Shown here piece after piece: positions 47,740-61,283 of a stretch of DNA of 64,000 bases. The DNA lies in contig NIVC01002326.1 of assembly GCA_002269645.1 (NCBI GenBank), positions 28,563 to 92,562 of the forward strand, read 5' to 3'. The notes below the pieces were generated by a model, which was not told where the DNA came from, searched no databases, and worked only from the letters and a program-made list of their open reading frames with translations. Position numbers and translations under genes: made by a program. This DNA is from Macrostomum lignano (lineage: Eukaryota). Positions within the stretch are counted from its first letter, which is position 1. Each line of letters starts with the position of its first letter.

Positions 47740-50512
47740 ATGGGGGTGTGTATAAAAGCTGGCACTGGCACATTGGACACATTGGACACCCCTTTTTATA
47801 ACAAAATTAGATATGAAAATACAGAATAAACTTGCGGAGATACTTTTAAATAATTTAAAAAATTGATAATAATAGAAATGACATCCTTGCTTTCGTGATA
47901 GATGATTTGTTAAATATTCTTTGTATTATCGTTTTTTGTACATGTTTAATTTGGCATTCGATTTTTTAAAATAATCGCACATGCAAAAACTGCAGCTTGC
48001 AATGCTATTACACTGTGATTTTACTACCCCGAAGGTTCTGTACTACAGGCGTACCGATTTAATGCTAAATATGTCTGATATATGAAATGATCAAACTAAT
48101 AGTCAGAACTCAATTTTCCATAAAATGATGAAGCATTCTGCTCTTATAAAAAAACCACAACTTATTTTGTTAGGATTACTTCATGAAGAACGAACTTTGG
48201 ATATTCCAAATTGCAAGTATTTCTATATTAAAAAAGTTAATACATTGGCAGATTATTTGATGAAAAAATTGCACCCAAAAAGTTTTTTTTACTTTGTAAG
48301 ATGATGATTAAATTAATAATTTCCAAGCTTCTTCTTTTATTAGTTCAATTACTTTTTGTATGATTTCAACCAACAAAAAAAGGAATAGCTACTCAGTGAA
48401 AGTTCAAATTACAGTCTCTTCTTTATATACAATCCTTTTAAGAAAACATTATTATGAATAATTTGCCAAGTCATGATATTTAAGAAATTGTGCTAATCAT
48501 TTAAATTATGAGTTAAAAAATGCAAGCATATAAGTAAAAAATCTACCTCACAGACCAAGAAGTCTTTTTACTGAAAGTTTATATGTGACGCTTTGAAAAA
48601 ACAACATATAAACCATCTTCACATAACATTTATTGTCATTTATTTCAGACCTAAATCCTTTAGCACATAAATATTCTGCACATATGTTGCAGGGTATACT
48701 TCCTTCTTCTAAAATCCTACAAATGCCACAAAGTTTTAATAGGCAAATTTATTCGTATTGTTTATATTAATATTTCTATATTTATGAGAAGTTTTCCAAT
48801 AAGAACAAGTTCCCAATCAGTAAAACACTATATTTTAATTCTAATGTCCAAAATTATGGCATTCTAAGGGACCAAGTGATAGGTTTTAAGCTACTATTAG
48901 CACCTGCATGATTTATTTATTTAATACCTACACATTCCTTAATGTCTATAGTTCGCCTAATTGCCTAATTGCTAACCCTAATTCTAGCCTTCTTGGCTTA
49001 CAAGTTTGAGTCTTCACAGCATATTATTCAATTCAAGCCCTACTAATTTTATTAGCCTCTCTTAATTTTATAAAATAATAATTTTCTTTAGTGTAACTGC
49101 TCCAAAAATTTCAACTTTAATTTAAGTGGTGTGCCGAAACACCACTTGCACCATTACAGCCGTCTATAATTTTTTGTGCTAATTGGTTGACCACTTTCAA
49201 TAATTTTCTTGGGTCAAGAGTGTGATATATGCATATTGCAGCATGAATTTTTTAAAGAATCCCTAATTTTATACAAGGAATCATATATATTTATAGAAAG
49301 TTAGCTCTTAGAGTAGAGATAAAGTACATAAGACTATTAATAGCAACTTTTCATACAATTGCTTATGGTAATGATTTCTATTGTTATAAAGTTACAAATA
49401 AATAAAAAGTTACATTGCATTTAAACTGTACTTTATGAGTTGTAAGCCTTTCAACTCAGAGTTCACTTCAATTGCTTTAATATACATTGCTAGATGTTAT
49501 TTAGCATTTCTTTGTTATTTATCATTTAACTCATTGCATTGTTTAATTGCTAATTTCATTTGCTCAGCTGCAATATTTATTACTTTTTTATTAATGCCAA
49601 TGTTTGTAATACTTTTTCTCCCCATTTTTAGTGTTTGTGGTATTCTTTTGTCAAATTTTAATTTTCCGCTGTATCTATCTTTACAAAAAATTGTACCTGT
49701 AAACTTATGGTTTTTTTGCTTACAATGGTGCTGTACTAAATTATATTTATTTCCTTGTTAGATTCTCTAAATTGAAAAAGTAATGCACTGCTTTATTATC
49801 ATGCATATTGAATATTAAGGATAGTTAGTATTCCTTCCTTGAAAAAGATTCTAGAGTTGGATTCTATTTGATAAGAGAATAAATAATTTATTGAGTTTAA
49901 ATGTTTTTAAAACATTAATTAATTGCATTTTGATGGAAATCACAACTTAAAAAAATTATTCGTTTTTTTTATTTAAGACACGGGGGATTTTAAAAATCCA
50001 TATTAACAGCAAATCAAACATTATGGGAGAGAGAGAGAGAGAAGTATTAGATTCACTTTCACCATTGCTGTTGATTTATGGAAAGGCAGTAAACAAGCCA
50101 GAGCAGCTGCAAATAGTCAAATATGCCATGTCCGGCAATAAAATTCTGCAACTAGTCTGCTGCTCACTTTTTCCAACGTTTATTGAGGACAAGAAACGGC
50201 ATTTAATGTTTCTATGTTTTCTGTAAGTGCACCAACTAGGTAAATGAAAATGACGTACCGAAAGTAGTTCGACAATAAAGCAAGATAAGAAATGAATTTA
50301 AATGTAGAATAAAACTTGTTGATACTACCAATCTCATGGTTGTTAGAAGTATATGAAAAAGTGCAATTATAAATAAATATTTACATTTTTATTCGAAAGC
50401 CAAAGTATATTTATTCAAGCAAAACAACGATCAAAACTCGATTTTTGTTAACATAAGGGGTGTCCAATGTGCCAATGGTGCCCTGCTTTTATACAGACCC
50501 TACCATTTCCAT
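47740..50512. mobile_element. Possible decayed DNA transposon bounded by ~55-bp imperfect inverted repeats
   Basis: GTATAAAAGC..GGCAC..TGGCACATTGGACACCCCTT at ~47750-47795 is inverted at ~50455-50495. No TSD or intact ORF found. Confidence 0.45.
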
Positions 50513-53147
50513 CTAAAATGATTCCAATCGAGTTCACATATAGCTAACATATAGCTGTTTATCAGTACATGTTTGCTCTCCTATTTTTTGTGGCTGAATG
50601 TTCTTGCTGCATTGACTATATGATGTGTACATGTACGTGCATGTACGAGTACTACAGCAATTAGCATGTAAAGCAGCAAATGCATCATCTGTTACTGACG
50701 CTTTATCGTCGCAGATTTCATTGCAATACAGAATTACAGAGCATTGGTGATAAATCACCACTAAATTATGATAAAATGCTAATAAGTTATTCTCTGCGCT
50801 GAACTCGTGTCGTCGAGTCAGCGAATTAATTTGAAAGCCCATGCACCCATATATGTCGCCATAGCATGTAGTTGCAATTACGTTTTTAAGCCAGTTGCTT
50901 TATAAATTACAAGCTTACATTATGCATGCCTTAGTTAGTATGCAACTTAAGTTAGTATGCAACTTAATGCTAAATGTTAGTTGTAGTAGCGTTTCGATTT
51001 CGACCGGCAATGCAATAATTGACTCTACTCGAATATTATGGTGCACTTCATGTTTCATACGTGTACACCATCAACTCCATCTCTAGGCCGTTCTGGAGAC
51101 CATGTCTCCATTTGCCTATCGCAAAGTAAAGGCCTTTGCGCGACTTCTCGTTACTATGCACTCTACTCGATCACGGACTACTCAAGTAGCCATGTTGCGT
51201 GCACGTAGCGGCGTTGCCAATCTGTTTGCCCAAGCTTGTACAATATACTCAGCCTGCTGGATCTAACAGAATAAAAATTTAAGCTTTTATGTAATGCAAT
51301 TACTAGCTGGGTCGAGTACGTGGTCACGCATGAGTCAGATCCACTCTACGAAGGCTTTGTCAAACTTCTATGCTATCTCAACTGCTTCATCGGGTTTTAC
51401 GTACATCGTGCATTGTGATTTTTGGTCAATTAGGCAGCCTTAGCATGTTAATTCTAATGTGAGGCTTCTACCAAAACTTGCTGTCTTTAGTTGAATTATT
51501 AGTTACGCTCGCTACTTACATTAGCGAGTATTTTTACATGTACACAAAGTAAACCCTGATAACTTGACATTCCATATAAGGATATAGCGTTTCATTCCCG
51601 TAAAAAACAAATTTCATGCACTTTATACTTTTGCACTCTGCTCACTCCAGGCTCAATTCAATGCACAGTGCCAAAATCCATAGTCGGTGTCCTTCACGCT
51701 ACAGAAGTTGGCTTTCACAGGAAGCTTCATCTCTGCAATGGCCATCGTTACTGCATAATTGCTATTACCAACAACAGGAACTTGGATCGAGTGCTCAAGG
51801 CGGAAAAACTTTACCATTAGTCTTCGAGACAAGCTGCCCCAATCAATGCGCGCCAATATTGATTTTTTGTTGCAAAAATAGGTTGCAGTTTTAATCCCGA
51901 TTATTGTCCTTTGTCCTTGGGAGAATTTTTACCCCTAATGCGAAGTGTAGCTATGCAGAATTAAATACACGTAGTCACCAACGGGAACGCTAGATAATCA
52001 ATATTATGAAGTTAAAGCGTATCAATCGCAGAAGCACTCCAGGGATGGACTATATGGCAGATTGCTCTCATGGATTCCGGATAGGTCAAAGCCCACGCAG
52101 CCAACCGGCCAGACAAACAGACATGAGGCAGTGGCTATAGGAAGAAGAGCCTCACCGGATCCGACTGGTCCCGCTTATTTCTCCCAGGGGACGCATTCGG
52201 GGGAGATACCAAACAGAATCCAGACAGAATGTGCTAAGGAGTTCGGAGAGAAGAGATCAAGAAAAGAGAGAGATGGGGGAGATGTGAGTGCAATGGGAAG
52301 ACCAGTGAAGCTGAACAGTGCTCGGCATCTCATCAGATCTTGTCTCAGAACAGGAACTTCTTCACTTCTTCCCTGCTTGTTCGAGTCTGCTCAGATCTTC
52401 AGAGCCCAAATCTGATTTAGTCTGGGGAGAAAGCATTCACTCTCACATTGCGGCGGCCCTGGCAAAGAAACTGCAATCGTCTCAATCTATCAATGAAGCT
52501 AGCTCCTTTCTTTTTTATTTTTTTGTTTGCACCTGTTTGAAAACTACCAGGTAATCCATGGTTGTTCAATTCAGAATTTTCCACTCCCCTACCAAATACG
52601 GGTTGTTCATCCGCCAGATTTAATTATTCCACAGGCGAGGAAAAGTGCATTTGCTACTAGCAGGCAGAGAGTAACTCACTGTCCTGCCCTCCTTGCCGCA
52701 CAACTGAGCACGATGGGCCTTAGAGAGGTGAACTTTGATGCTAACAGAATTTCCTTTTGCAGCAAAGCTACATGTTTGCTAAGGGATAAAAGTAACAGTC
52801 TCTTGGTTTTGGGATCTGTTGTGCAGCGGTAACGACACTGGCTATAGGTCTTATAGTACGGTGTACTCTTTCAAATCTATTAGCAAAATGCAGACCACTG
52901 CCAATCCTAATTACAATTTGAATCCTCCGTAGTAAGAGTGACTTTCCAATAGTATAAATAACTACTGGGTAAGGGGCAGAGCAGCTCAGCGGTCAAAGTG
53001 TCTGACTCCCGCGCCACGACCCCTTGGTTTGATTCCGTGCGCGCGGCCACATTCATCTGGGGCTTGTGTGCCCGAAAAACTGACTGGGGAGTTGTCGTGT
53101 GGTTTGCACCCATGAGGCCCGACCCCCAAGGCACAGAGACTGCACAT

Positions 53148-53630
53148 CGGGGGTCGGCAAACTCCGGCCCGCGGGCCACCTACGGCACGCCAAGCCTTTC
53201 TATCCGGCCCTCAGATCCTTTGAAAAGTCACAGTAGCAATCCGGTCCGCTCAAGGTTTGTGTCGCTTCTCAACTCTCTTCTCTAATCTCCTCTCCTCTCT
53301 CCTCTCTCTTCTCCTCTTTCCTATCCTCTCTCCTATCTCCTCTCCTCTCTCCTCTCTCTTCTCCTCTTTCCTATCCTCTCTCCTCTCTCCTCTCCTCTCT
53401 CCTCGCTTCTCTCTGCTCCTCTCCTCTCTCCTCTCTCTTCTCCTCTTTCCTATCCTCTCTCCTATCTCCTCTCCTCTTCTCTCTCTTCTCTCCTCTCCTC
53501 TCTCAGCTTTCCTCTCCTCTCTTCTCTCCTCTCTCCTCTCTTCTCTCCTCTCCTCCCCTCTCTTTTCTATTCCATCTCCTCTCTTCCCTCCTCTGGCCCG
53601 CTCTGGAGATGAAGGGTTCGCAAACCCCTG
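53148..53630. mobile_element. Charlie-like hAT MITE with CT-rich interior
   Basis: Left end CGGGGGTCGGCAAACTCCGGCCCGCGGGCC, right end GGTTCGCAAACCCCTG; flanks CTGCACAT / GTGTACAT (6/8 match, degenerate 8-bp TSD). Confidence 0.7.
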
Positions 53631-53789
53631 GTGTACATTATGGTATTTTAAATTTTACCATAATATTATTTGAGAGCGAACTAATAACTAGTAAGTACAA
53701 CGAAAGAAAGAAATATATTCTCGTACAAAAGGCAACTTTGCTTTCTGGATGTTTTTCAGCAGCTTGCGATTCTGACAGAAATCAGAACA

Positions 53790-54300
53790 TTGTGAAGGCC
53801 TCGCTAGCTTCGCTAGGTCCTCACTGAACATGGTTAGGTCATCGCAGTATAGTAGATTATTTATCTCAACATTCACGATAAAAGTTTTGCTGTGGAATGA
53901 TTCTTCAACGTTTTGCTGAGGGGATCAATGCACAGGGTTGTCTTGACGCCACTTTTCGGTTGGTGTCATGGAAGCTGTTTCATCGGATATTTTGACTTTC
54001 GCCTCTGAATGCAACATTGAGTGAGGTCTATAAGTCTGTTGAATGAAATATGAGCCAGAATTATTCACCATGTCAAATGCACTTTTCAAGTCAAAGAAGA
54101 CAAGATGGAAAGGTCTTTCATTGCTCGTTTTGTGTTTGACAAGAGACAATAGAGTATCAATGTGATCCGAACTTCGGGGCATAAATGATTGAAGCGAAGA
54201 GATGAGCCATGATGGGGAAAACGCTAATTGGTCTGTAGTTTTTTGGGTCGTTGCTGGATCCTGTCTTGTAGATCGGAGTTACCAAAGCGACTGAACGGCC
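53790..54300 (-). pseudogene. Decayed non-LTR retrotransposon reverse transcriptase fragment
   Basis: Broken frames reading VTPIYKTGSSNDPKNYRPISVF, DHIDTL...LVFFDLKSAFDMV, and LLYCDD (YADD equivalent). Confidence 0.8.
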
Positions 54301-54939
54301 ACTGTCTGGGTGTGTATCCAAGCCTCAGGATTGTGTTGAGCAAGCTTCAGTAGCACTGGTTTTACGAGTATAACGACCAGGCCGTAAATAATGTCGGCTC
54401 CCTTCAGCTTTTTCAACTGATCTTGGTATCTCTTGGCAAGACTATATCGTATTCTGTTGCTAGCAACCTGCCTACTGGCATGCGTCTCAGTGTTTCATCG
54501 CTATAGATCCAGAATTTACAGATTCAGAAATTCAGAAGCTTCGGTCGGCCTCGATTAGCAACACTCCAAGTAGGTGCCTTTTGGTAGACTTCTTCTTTTA
54601 CGGGGTGATTGTTGCGATAAAAACTGGATGTTTCAAGCATACTTTACATTTAGAAACGCTTAGAAAATTACGGCCACTGTACACTCTGTGTGAGCGTGTG
54701 TATGAGGAGTACATGCCTGCATGCAGTAGTCGCTTGCTTGCATGCGCTCAGGAGTCAGTGGAATGGGCAGAATTGCCGTCAGCACTGGTTATTGGACGAT
54801 ATCGCCCAAGTTGCTGCGAAGGATGCCCGCAGCCCTTCTGCAGTTATTATTATTAATATTATTTACCATTATGAAACGTCTGGGTCTGGGCACTGTGTCC
54901 AGCTTGTTAAACCGTCACTGCTGTCTTGGTGGGGACGAA

Positions 54940-56360
54940 TCCATGAAGTGGAAGGCTTCGAAGATCATCTCCATCCCCAAGCAAGGTGCCAACTCCACTA
55001 GCCAATACGCTCGTGGACAACCAGCGCGCCTTCGAGTGCACTCTTCCAAAGGTTCTGAATGCTGCGCTGCGAAACCACCTGCTCCCAGTGCTCAACTCGC
55101 GCATGCTGCGAAACCACCTGCTCCCAGTGCTCAACTCGCGCATGCTGCGAAACCACCTGCTCCCAGTGCTCAACTCGCGCATGCTGCGAAACCACCTGCT
55201 CCCAGTGCTCAACTCGCGCATGCTGCGAAACCACCTGCTACCAGTGCTCAACTCGCGCATGCTGCGAAACCACCTGCTCCCAGTGCTCAACTCGCGCATG
55301 CTGCGAAACCACCTGCTACCAGTGCTCAACTCGCGCATGCTGCGAAACCACCTGCTACCAGTGCTCAACTCGCGCATGCTGCGAAACCACCTGCTACCAG
55401 TGCTCAACTCGCGCATGCTGCGAAACCACCTGCTCCCAGTGCTCAACTCGCGCATGCTGCGAAACCACCTGCTCCCAGTGCTCAACTCGCGCATGCTGCG
55501 AAACCACCTGCTCCCAGTGCTCAACTCGCGCATGCTGCGAAACCACCTGCTCCCAGTGCTCAACTCGCGCATGCTGCGAAACCACCTGCTCCCAGTGCTC
55601 AACTCGCGCATGCTGCGAAACCACCTGCTCCCAGTGCTCAACTCGCGCATGCTGCGAAACCACCTGCTCCCAGTGCTCAACTCGCGCATGCTGCGAAACC
55701 ACCTGCTCCCAGTGCTCAACTCGCGCATGCCAGCCTCTCAGAGTGCTTTTCGCCCCGGCAGGTCAACTACTGAGCAGGTGGCATCATCCTTGAGACCTGC
55801 AGAGCACGCCAAAAAGCTCGCCTCAATTGTTTTCATCGACTTCCGCAAAGCCTTTGATTCTGTTAGCTGGCTGACCATAGCCTGGCTGCTCGCTCAGCGT
55901 GGAGTGCCGTCTCTGCTTGTGCGGGCAGTCATGGACTTGTACACCAGTTCTATGGCATTTGTCCAAACATCCGATGGACCCACTGAAGAGTGTCAAACCA
56001 GCTCTGGCGTGCTGCAGGGTGACACCCTCTCCCCCTGCTGTTCGTCCTGCTGATGGACTACGTGCTCCGCAGGAAGAGGATGGCTTTGTGGTCACCCAAC
56101 GCCGCAGCTCACGGCATCCTGAGGTCCGACTCCCTGACGACAAAGCCCTTGTCTGCCGCGGCCTGGAGTCGGCACAGAGAGCAATAAAATGGGCTCTTCG
56201 AGGAGGTTGCCCGCGTGGATCTGCAGATCAGCGCCAAGAAGACCGAGTTGCTTCACGTGGGCACTGAGACTGCCCCGCCTCTGACGCTGCCCAATGGGGA
56301 GACAATAGCCGTCTGCCAAGACTTTAAGTGCCTCGGCGTTCCGGTCATGCGACCCAGAGC
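54940..56360 (+). pseudogene. Decayed RTE-like LINE reverse transcriptase with an in-frame 39-bp expansion
   Basis: WKASKIISIPKQG, QSAFRPGRSTTEQV, VFIDFRKAFDSV, GVLQGDTLSP, then frameshifts (LQISAKKTE, QDFKCLG). Confidence 0.85.
55067..55729. repeat. 39-bp minisatellite x17 inside the LINE RT coding sequence
   Basis: 663 bp = 17 x 39; encodes LRNHLLPVLNSRM. Confidence 0.96.
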
Positions 56361-57898
56361 TGCTAAGCATCGGCCTGACCCCCTTGACTGCCACTGACTG
56401 CTCCCCCAGCCTGTTCAAACAGCGCGTGCTCGCTAGCACTGGGTAGCGTCACTAATAATAACAACTGGGACTGGGTGAGTTGATGCTCGATTGACTATAC
56501 TGTAGTCTGTATAGCCTGCTGCCCTTGTCGGCTGTGTCCTGATTGCATAATTTTTCTCATGCGCTAGTCTCTCGAGTTGAAAAAAATATGTAGAATATGT
56601 TGTTTTGTGTTGTATAGCCATTCTATTAATTATTACACCAATCTGCGAGACCGAAAGTTAAACAAGCCAGCTGTCAATAGTCTCAAGGGGTCAGTCTGTC
56701 TGACCATCGGACTGTCAGTCTGCTGAGTTGCTGTTAAACAGCAAAACCCTTGATTTTAAAGCATCGAACGCCGGTTTTGTTCTCTGGTGGAATAGTAGCC
56801 ATTTGCAGCAGCAGGCTATAGCAATATCAGGCAATGAACTTGACTTGACTGTATGAGACTTACGCATGCCAGTACAGTCTATGCATGGGCTGAGCTAAGC
56901 TGAGCAGGATAGGAAGACTGCGACCTTAAATGAATACTCTCATTGAATAGTCGGGGAGACCTCTTCCAATTCACCTTAGTGCCTCTGCTCTCACTTCATA
57001 CTGCATGGCATACTGGTATGGCTAAACACTAGGAAGCAGAAATGCCATTCACTCATTCAGTTAACATAAACAACAATTTTGAAAATGAAAAACTTTCTCC
57101 TATGCTTCTACGAGCTTGTAGAGTTGGAAGTCGACAGGGCCACTGGCAGAGATACGCAGCAGGGTCTGCAACACACCCCCAATGTCCGTATGCGGCCAGT
57201 ATATGACTTGGAGAATAACCAACAGCACCACACAGTTTTAGCATAGGGCTCGAATTGAGACTTTGAACAATTGGCTTCTTGCATTGCGATACGATCCGGT
57301 CAATACGCGACTCTCCCGCTACTGATTCGCAACCTCACCGCTCCGCAACAGTCCGTGCAGTGCTGAACAATGCCAGCACTACTCGCAGGAGTTGCCCATT
57401 GCGGTGAATAATGTTGCCAGTCTGAGTGGCAGTTGTTTCAGTGCCTGCTCACTCTGCAGCTCGATCGAGTCACGCCCGCTCCCCATTGGCCAGTGAGAAT
57501 CCCGGCCCGTCCTCCCCTGCTTGGATCGATGTCCGCTTTGGTCGCCAGCATTTAGAAGAGTTGGTTTCAGAAATGAATAGAAAAAGACTGCATTGAGAAC
57601 TGGCTGGAGAAGAAGACCTGAAGCAGATTTGAAGAGTGCGAACGTGCTTGGCTTTTAGCGGTAGCGCACCCGCCCAGTTAAAAGTCCCACAAAAGGTTCG
57701 TTACTTAGCAAAGTTTGCCACACGAGGCAGAGCCAACCTGAAGCCAGTAGCTGACCCTCCTGCTGTGAGCAGAGCAAACCCAGCCAGCAGCTGGCCCAGG
57801 GGCCAGGGTCGCCGCGTACAACCCAGTCGAAGCCGAAAGACGTCTTCATTTATACAGTTCATTTATACTGAATCGGACAGTCCAAAGGTCGGAGTGCA

Positions 57899-60800
57899 AT
57901 GAAAGTCATGGAGACCGAGGCTCAACTCGAACTTGAGCTGCTAGACCAGCAGCAGCAGCAGCAGCAACGGCCGAGGCCAAGACGAAGGCTGCTCCGCCAG
58001 CTGGAGATCGAGGCCAGACAGCGCCGGCTGAACGTGCAGCTGGCAGCGCTAGTGAGCAAGATCACAGTTCACGGCCCTAGCAACATGCTGGATGCCTATC
58101 ACTGGAACGACAAGCTGCTCTGGTGCATGGTCCTGTTTTGCACCCTCGGCGGCCTGGTGGTGCACACGGCGAACCAAGTGCAAATGTTCTTAGCGAATCC
58201 AGTCAGCTCGACGGTCTCTCAGCAGGCAAACTCCTTCACAATGCCAGATGTGACCGTGTGCGACCCGCTGGTGAACAAGTTCTTCAAGTACAGCCTACTC
58301 GAATATGATAGAGAGCTTCAAGCTAAGAGGTCTCTGGTGAGTCACACCCAGCAGCTGCAGATTGTCTACGGCCACCTGTTCGGCTGGGAGTCTCTCAAAT
58401 TCCTGGAGGCCGTGTACACCTCTCTGGAACACCGGATCAACATGTCGGCGGTGGGCGCTCGTATCAACGACTTCGTGGTCGCCTGCTGGTACCGGGGCGA
58501 GCGCTGCTCCAACAGCAACTTTGTCACGTTTTTCCACCGCCGTTTTGGCAACTGCTTCACCTTCCGGCCGAAAGAGCGACGCCTGAGCAGCGAGAGCTCA
58601 GACGATGGCCTCATCATGGTGCTGTACAGCCCGAGCACGGACGCCAGCTTCCCCATCGACCGCATCATGAAGACTATCACCGGCCTGGAATCCGGCGGCT
58701 TCAGAGTCGCCATCCACCAGCAGGACACACCGCCGCACCCGGACGCGTCCGGGCTGTTCGTCCCGACTGGCACTCGGCTGGACCTGCCGCTAACGAAGTA
58801 CAAGACGACTCTGGTGAGCACGCCGACAAAGACCTGCGCCCAGCCTGCCAAGCAGACCTACTACGACTCAATGCTGCGGCGAAACTTCACCTACCTCACC
58901 GACCTCAACGACTGCGTCGCAGCGGAGAGAGAGCTGGCCGTGTTCCAGCGCTGCGGTTGCAAGCTCGAGGGCCCCGTGCCGCTGGCAGTGCCCGGCTCGC
59001 CTCTGGCTGATGTGGCCTTTGCCGACAGTCGGGCGCTGCACTTTTGTCACGATCTCTTCGGCCTGGCGGAGAGTTCCCCAGCTTTTCAGGTAAGTTTGGC
59101 TGCAATTCAAGCCCCTCCCCTCAATGGATGCCTGTTTTGCTGTAAAAACCCCTGGCAAAATGGAAGTTCTCAGCGTTTTTAGCACTGTCTAGCAGTCTAG
59201 AGCCCCCCGTTGCGGAGCCAACAATGAATGGAATACAAATGAATGAAACTACATGTAGCTTCTCCTTGCTATAACCTCAGCAATTCCCCTTGTAAGCCTT
59301 GACATCTCAGCTATTCTCCCTGTGAGTCTTGACATCTCAGCAATGCCCCCATAAAGCCTTGAAATCTCAACAATACCCCCTAACCCTAGCACTAACATAA
59401 CCCTAACCCGACCCCAAAAGCCTTGACCTCTCAGCAATTCCCAAATGAATCTTTAATGTTCGACATGACGCTTCTTTTATTTTTAAAAGACGCTTTTTCA
59501 ATCAGCACCCCCCCCAAACAAGGGAAATTGTAATACCAATTTTTTAATAAACTAGACGTAGCTTCTGACCACAGCCTTTTTACCCTTAGCAATTGCCCCC
59601 AAGCCTTGCCATCTCAGTTGGACTCCCCCCTCGTGTAATCACATGAATCAAAGATCGAAGAATCAAAGATCAAAGAAAGATTTTGGAGGCCGATTGGGCT
59701 TATGAAATAAAAAGAGAAAATATGAAAATGAAACTTTCATAGTTTTATAGGTCCTGTTATACTACAGTGTTCCTTGTTGCAAGCTGTGTTTTGAGTCTCT
59801 GCTCATGGGCTACTAAAGTACTGCAGAATGATGTAGAGCTACCCAGGCTCTTCTACTATTATTGGCAGAACTCCTGCCCAAGATTGCACCGCATTCACTC
59901 CTCTTAAAGGCTCAAGCAACAGCTCAGATGGTGCCAGTCATGACTCGGTTCCTCAGACACCTGGCCAGTGTGCACCAACGCTACGGCAGTCTTCCGACGG
60001 AGGTGCTTCAGCAGGTGCTCAAGCAGTACTGGGGCGAGATGACCAAGGAGCAGCCGCGGCTAATTGACTACTCAAACAAGTTGTTATGCGCATTGAACCA
60101 AAGGCACAAAATGTCGCAAGAGGTGCCCACGAAATGCTCAAACATTTGCCTGGACGAGCAGTACCAGTACAGCGTTGGGCAGACCCCCTGGCCCGTGCAG
60201 GATCCCAAAGTGAGTTTTGCCCGCTTCGGTCTCATGACTGTTGAGCACCAATGATATGCCCGCAAGACCTAAAACTGACTTCACACAGAATCTCTATTGT
60301 TCTCAAAACTGTACAGAAGCTCAAACTCCCCATACCGAATCTTCCCATACCGAATCTTCCGATACCGAATCTTCCCATACCGAATCTTCCAATACCGAAT
60401 CTTCCCATACCGAATCTTCCAATACCGAATCTTCCCATACCGAATCTTCCCATTACCAAAATCTTCCCATGCAGCAACTTCATCAAAGAGATGTACTCTT
60501 GCTATTAACTGTGAGCTTTGAATCAAATGAGCCTCATTACCTCGATAAACAGGTCCGCGGCTCCACCATCCAGCTTGGCAAGCTCTCTCAGCTACTGCTC
60601 GAGTACTCAGAATCCGTGGCCGCGGTGGAGCCGCGCACCGCCCTGCTGCGCTCCCTACGGCCGGAGAACTTCAGCCAGTGCGCGCAGCTTCGCTTCGACT
60701 CGGCGGCCAGCATCGGCTCGGAGCGGCAGCGCCTCGAGCAGCTGCGGGTGGAGTGCCGGCCGCTGCAGAGCTTCTTACACCGGCACCTGTCCCAGCTGAG

Positions 60801-61197
60801 AATCTTCGCCAGGTCGCTCAACGTCCAGGTGCTGCAGGAGGAGCGCAGCTACACTGCAATCTCGCTCATGTCGGACCTCGGAGGCATCAGCGGCCTGTGG
60901 ATCGGCGCCAGTTTCGTCAGTATATTCGAGATTGGCGAAATTCTCTGGCTGATGCTCAGCCTGACGGCACTGCAGATTCGCATGGCTATCGCCAGGGTCA
61001 GCACGCGGGACGACGAGACGCCGGACTGCGCGCCGAATCACGTGACCCCGCCGTGGCAGCCCCAGGGTCAGGCAAAGCTGCTCGGCCGGGAGACCGACCC
61101 GCAGGGCCTGTTGAGAGCCGCCAATTGTCAGTTGGGGTCGAACCAACGACTGCACAACGGGCCGGAGCACACGGACTTTCTGGTTTCAACTGTGTAG
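57899..61197 (+). CDS. DEG/ENaC (ASIC/FaNaC-like) amiloride-sensitive sodium channel subunit, 3 exons, ~711 aa
   Basis: join(57899-59089, 59910-60209, 60553-61197), all phase 0. Pre-TM1 HG motif (TVHGP), TM1, MPDVTVC, CWYRGERC..FGNCFTF, GFRVAIH, Cys-rich thumb, and TM2 SDLGGISGLWIGASFVSIFE with the GAS filter. Confidence 0.92.
60320..60455. repeat. 15-bp minisatellite, DEG/ENaC intron 2
   Basis: Unit ATACCGAATCTTCCC. Confidence 0.9.
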
Positions 61198-61283
61198 TGA
61201 AAGGTAGCTGGGCAGGCATTGGAGCTTTGCTGTCAGAATTTTCTCCTTATAATTAGAAAAGGGAATAAATTATGTTTTTAATC

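Noticed and set aside
55059-55793. Cys-rich metallothionein-like ORF (CCETTCSQCSTRA)n
   Set aside because: It is an alternative frame of the 39-bp array inside the LINE RT.
57050-57450. Further LINE remnant upstream of the channel gene
   Set aside because: Only faint resemblance with no diagnostic motif.
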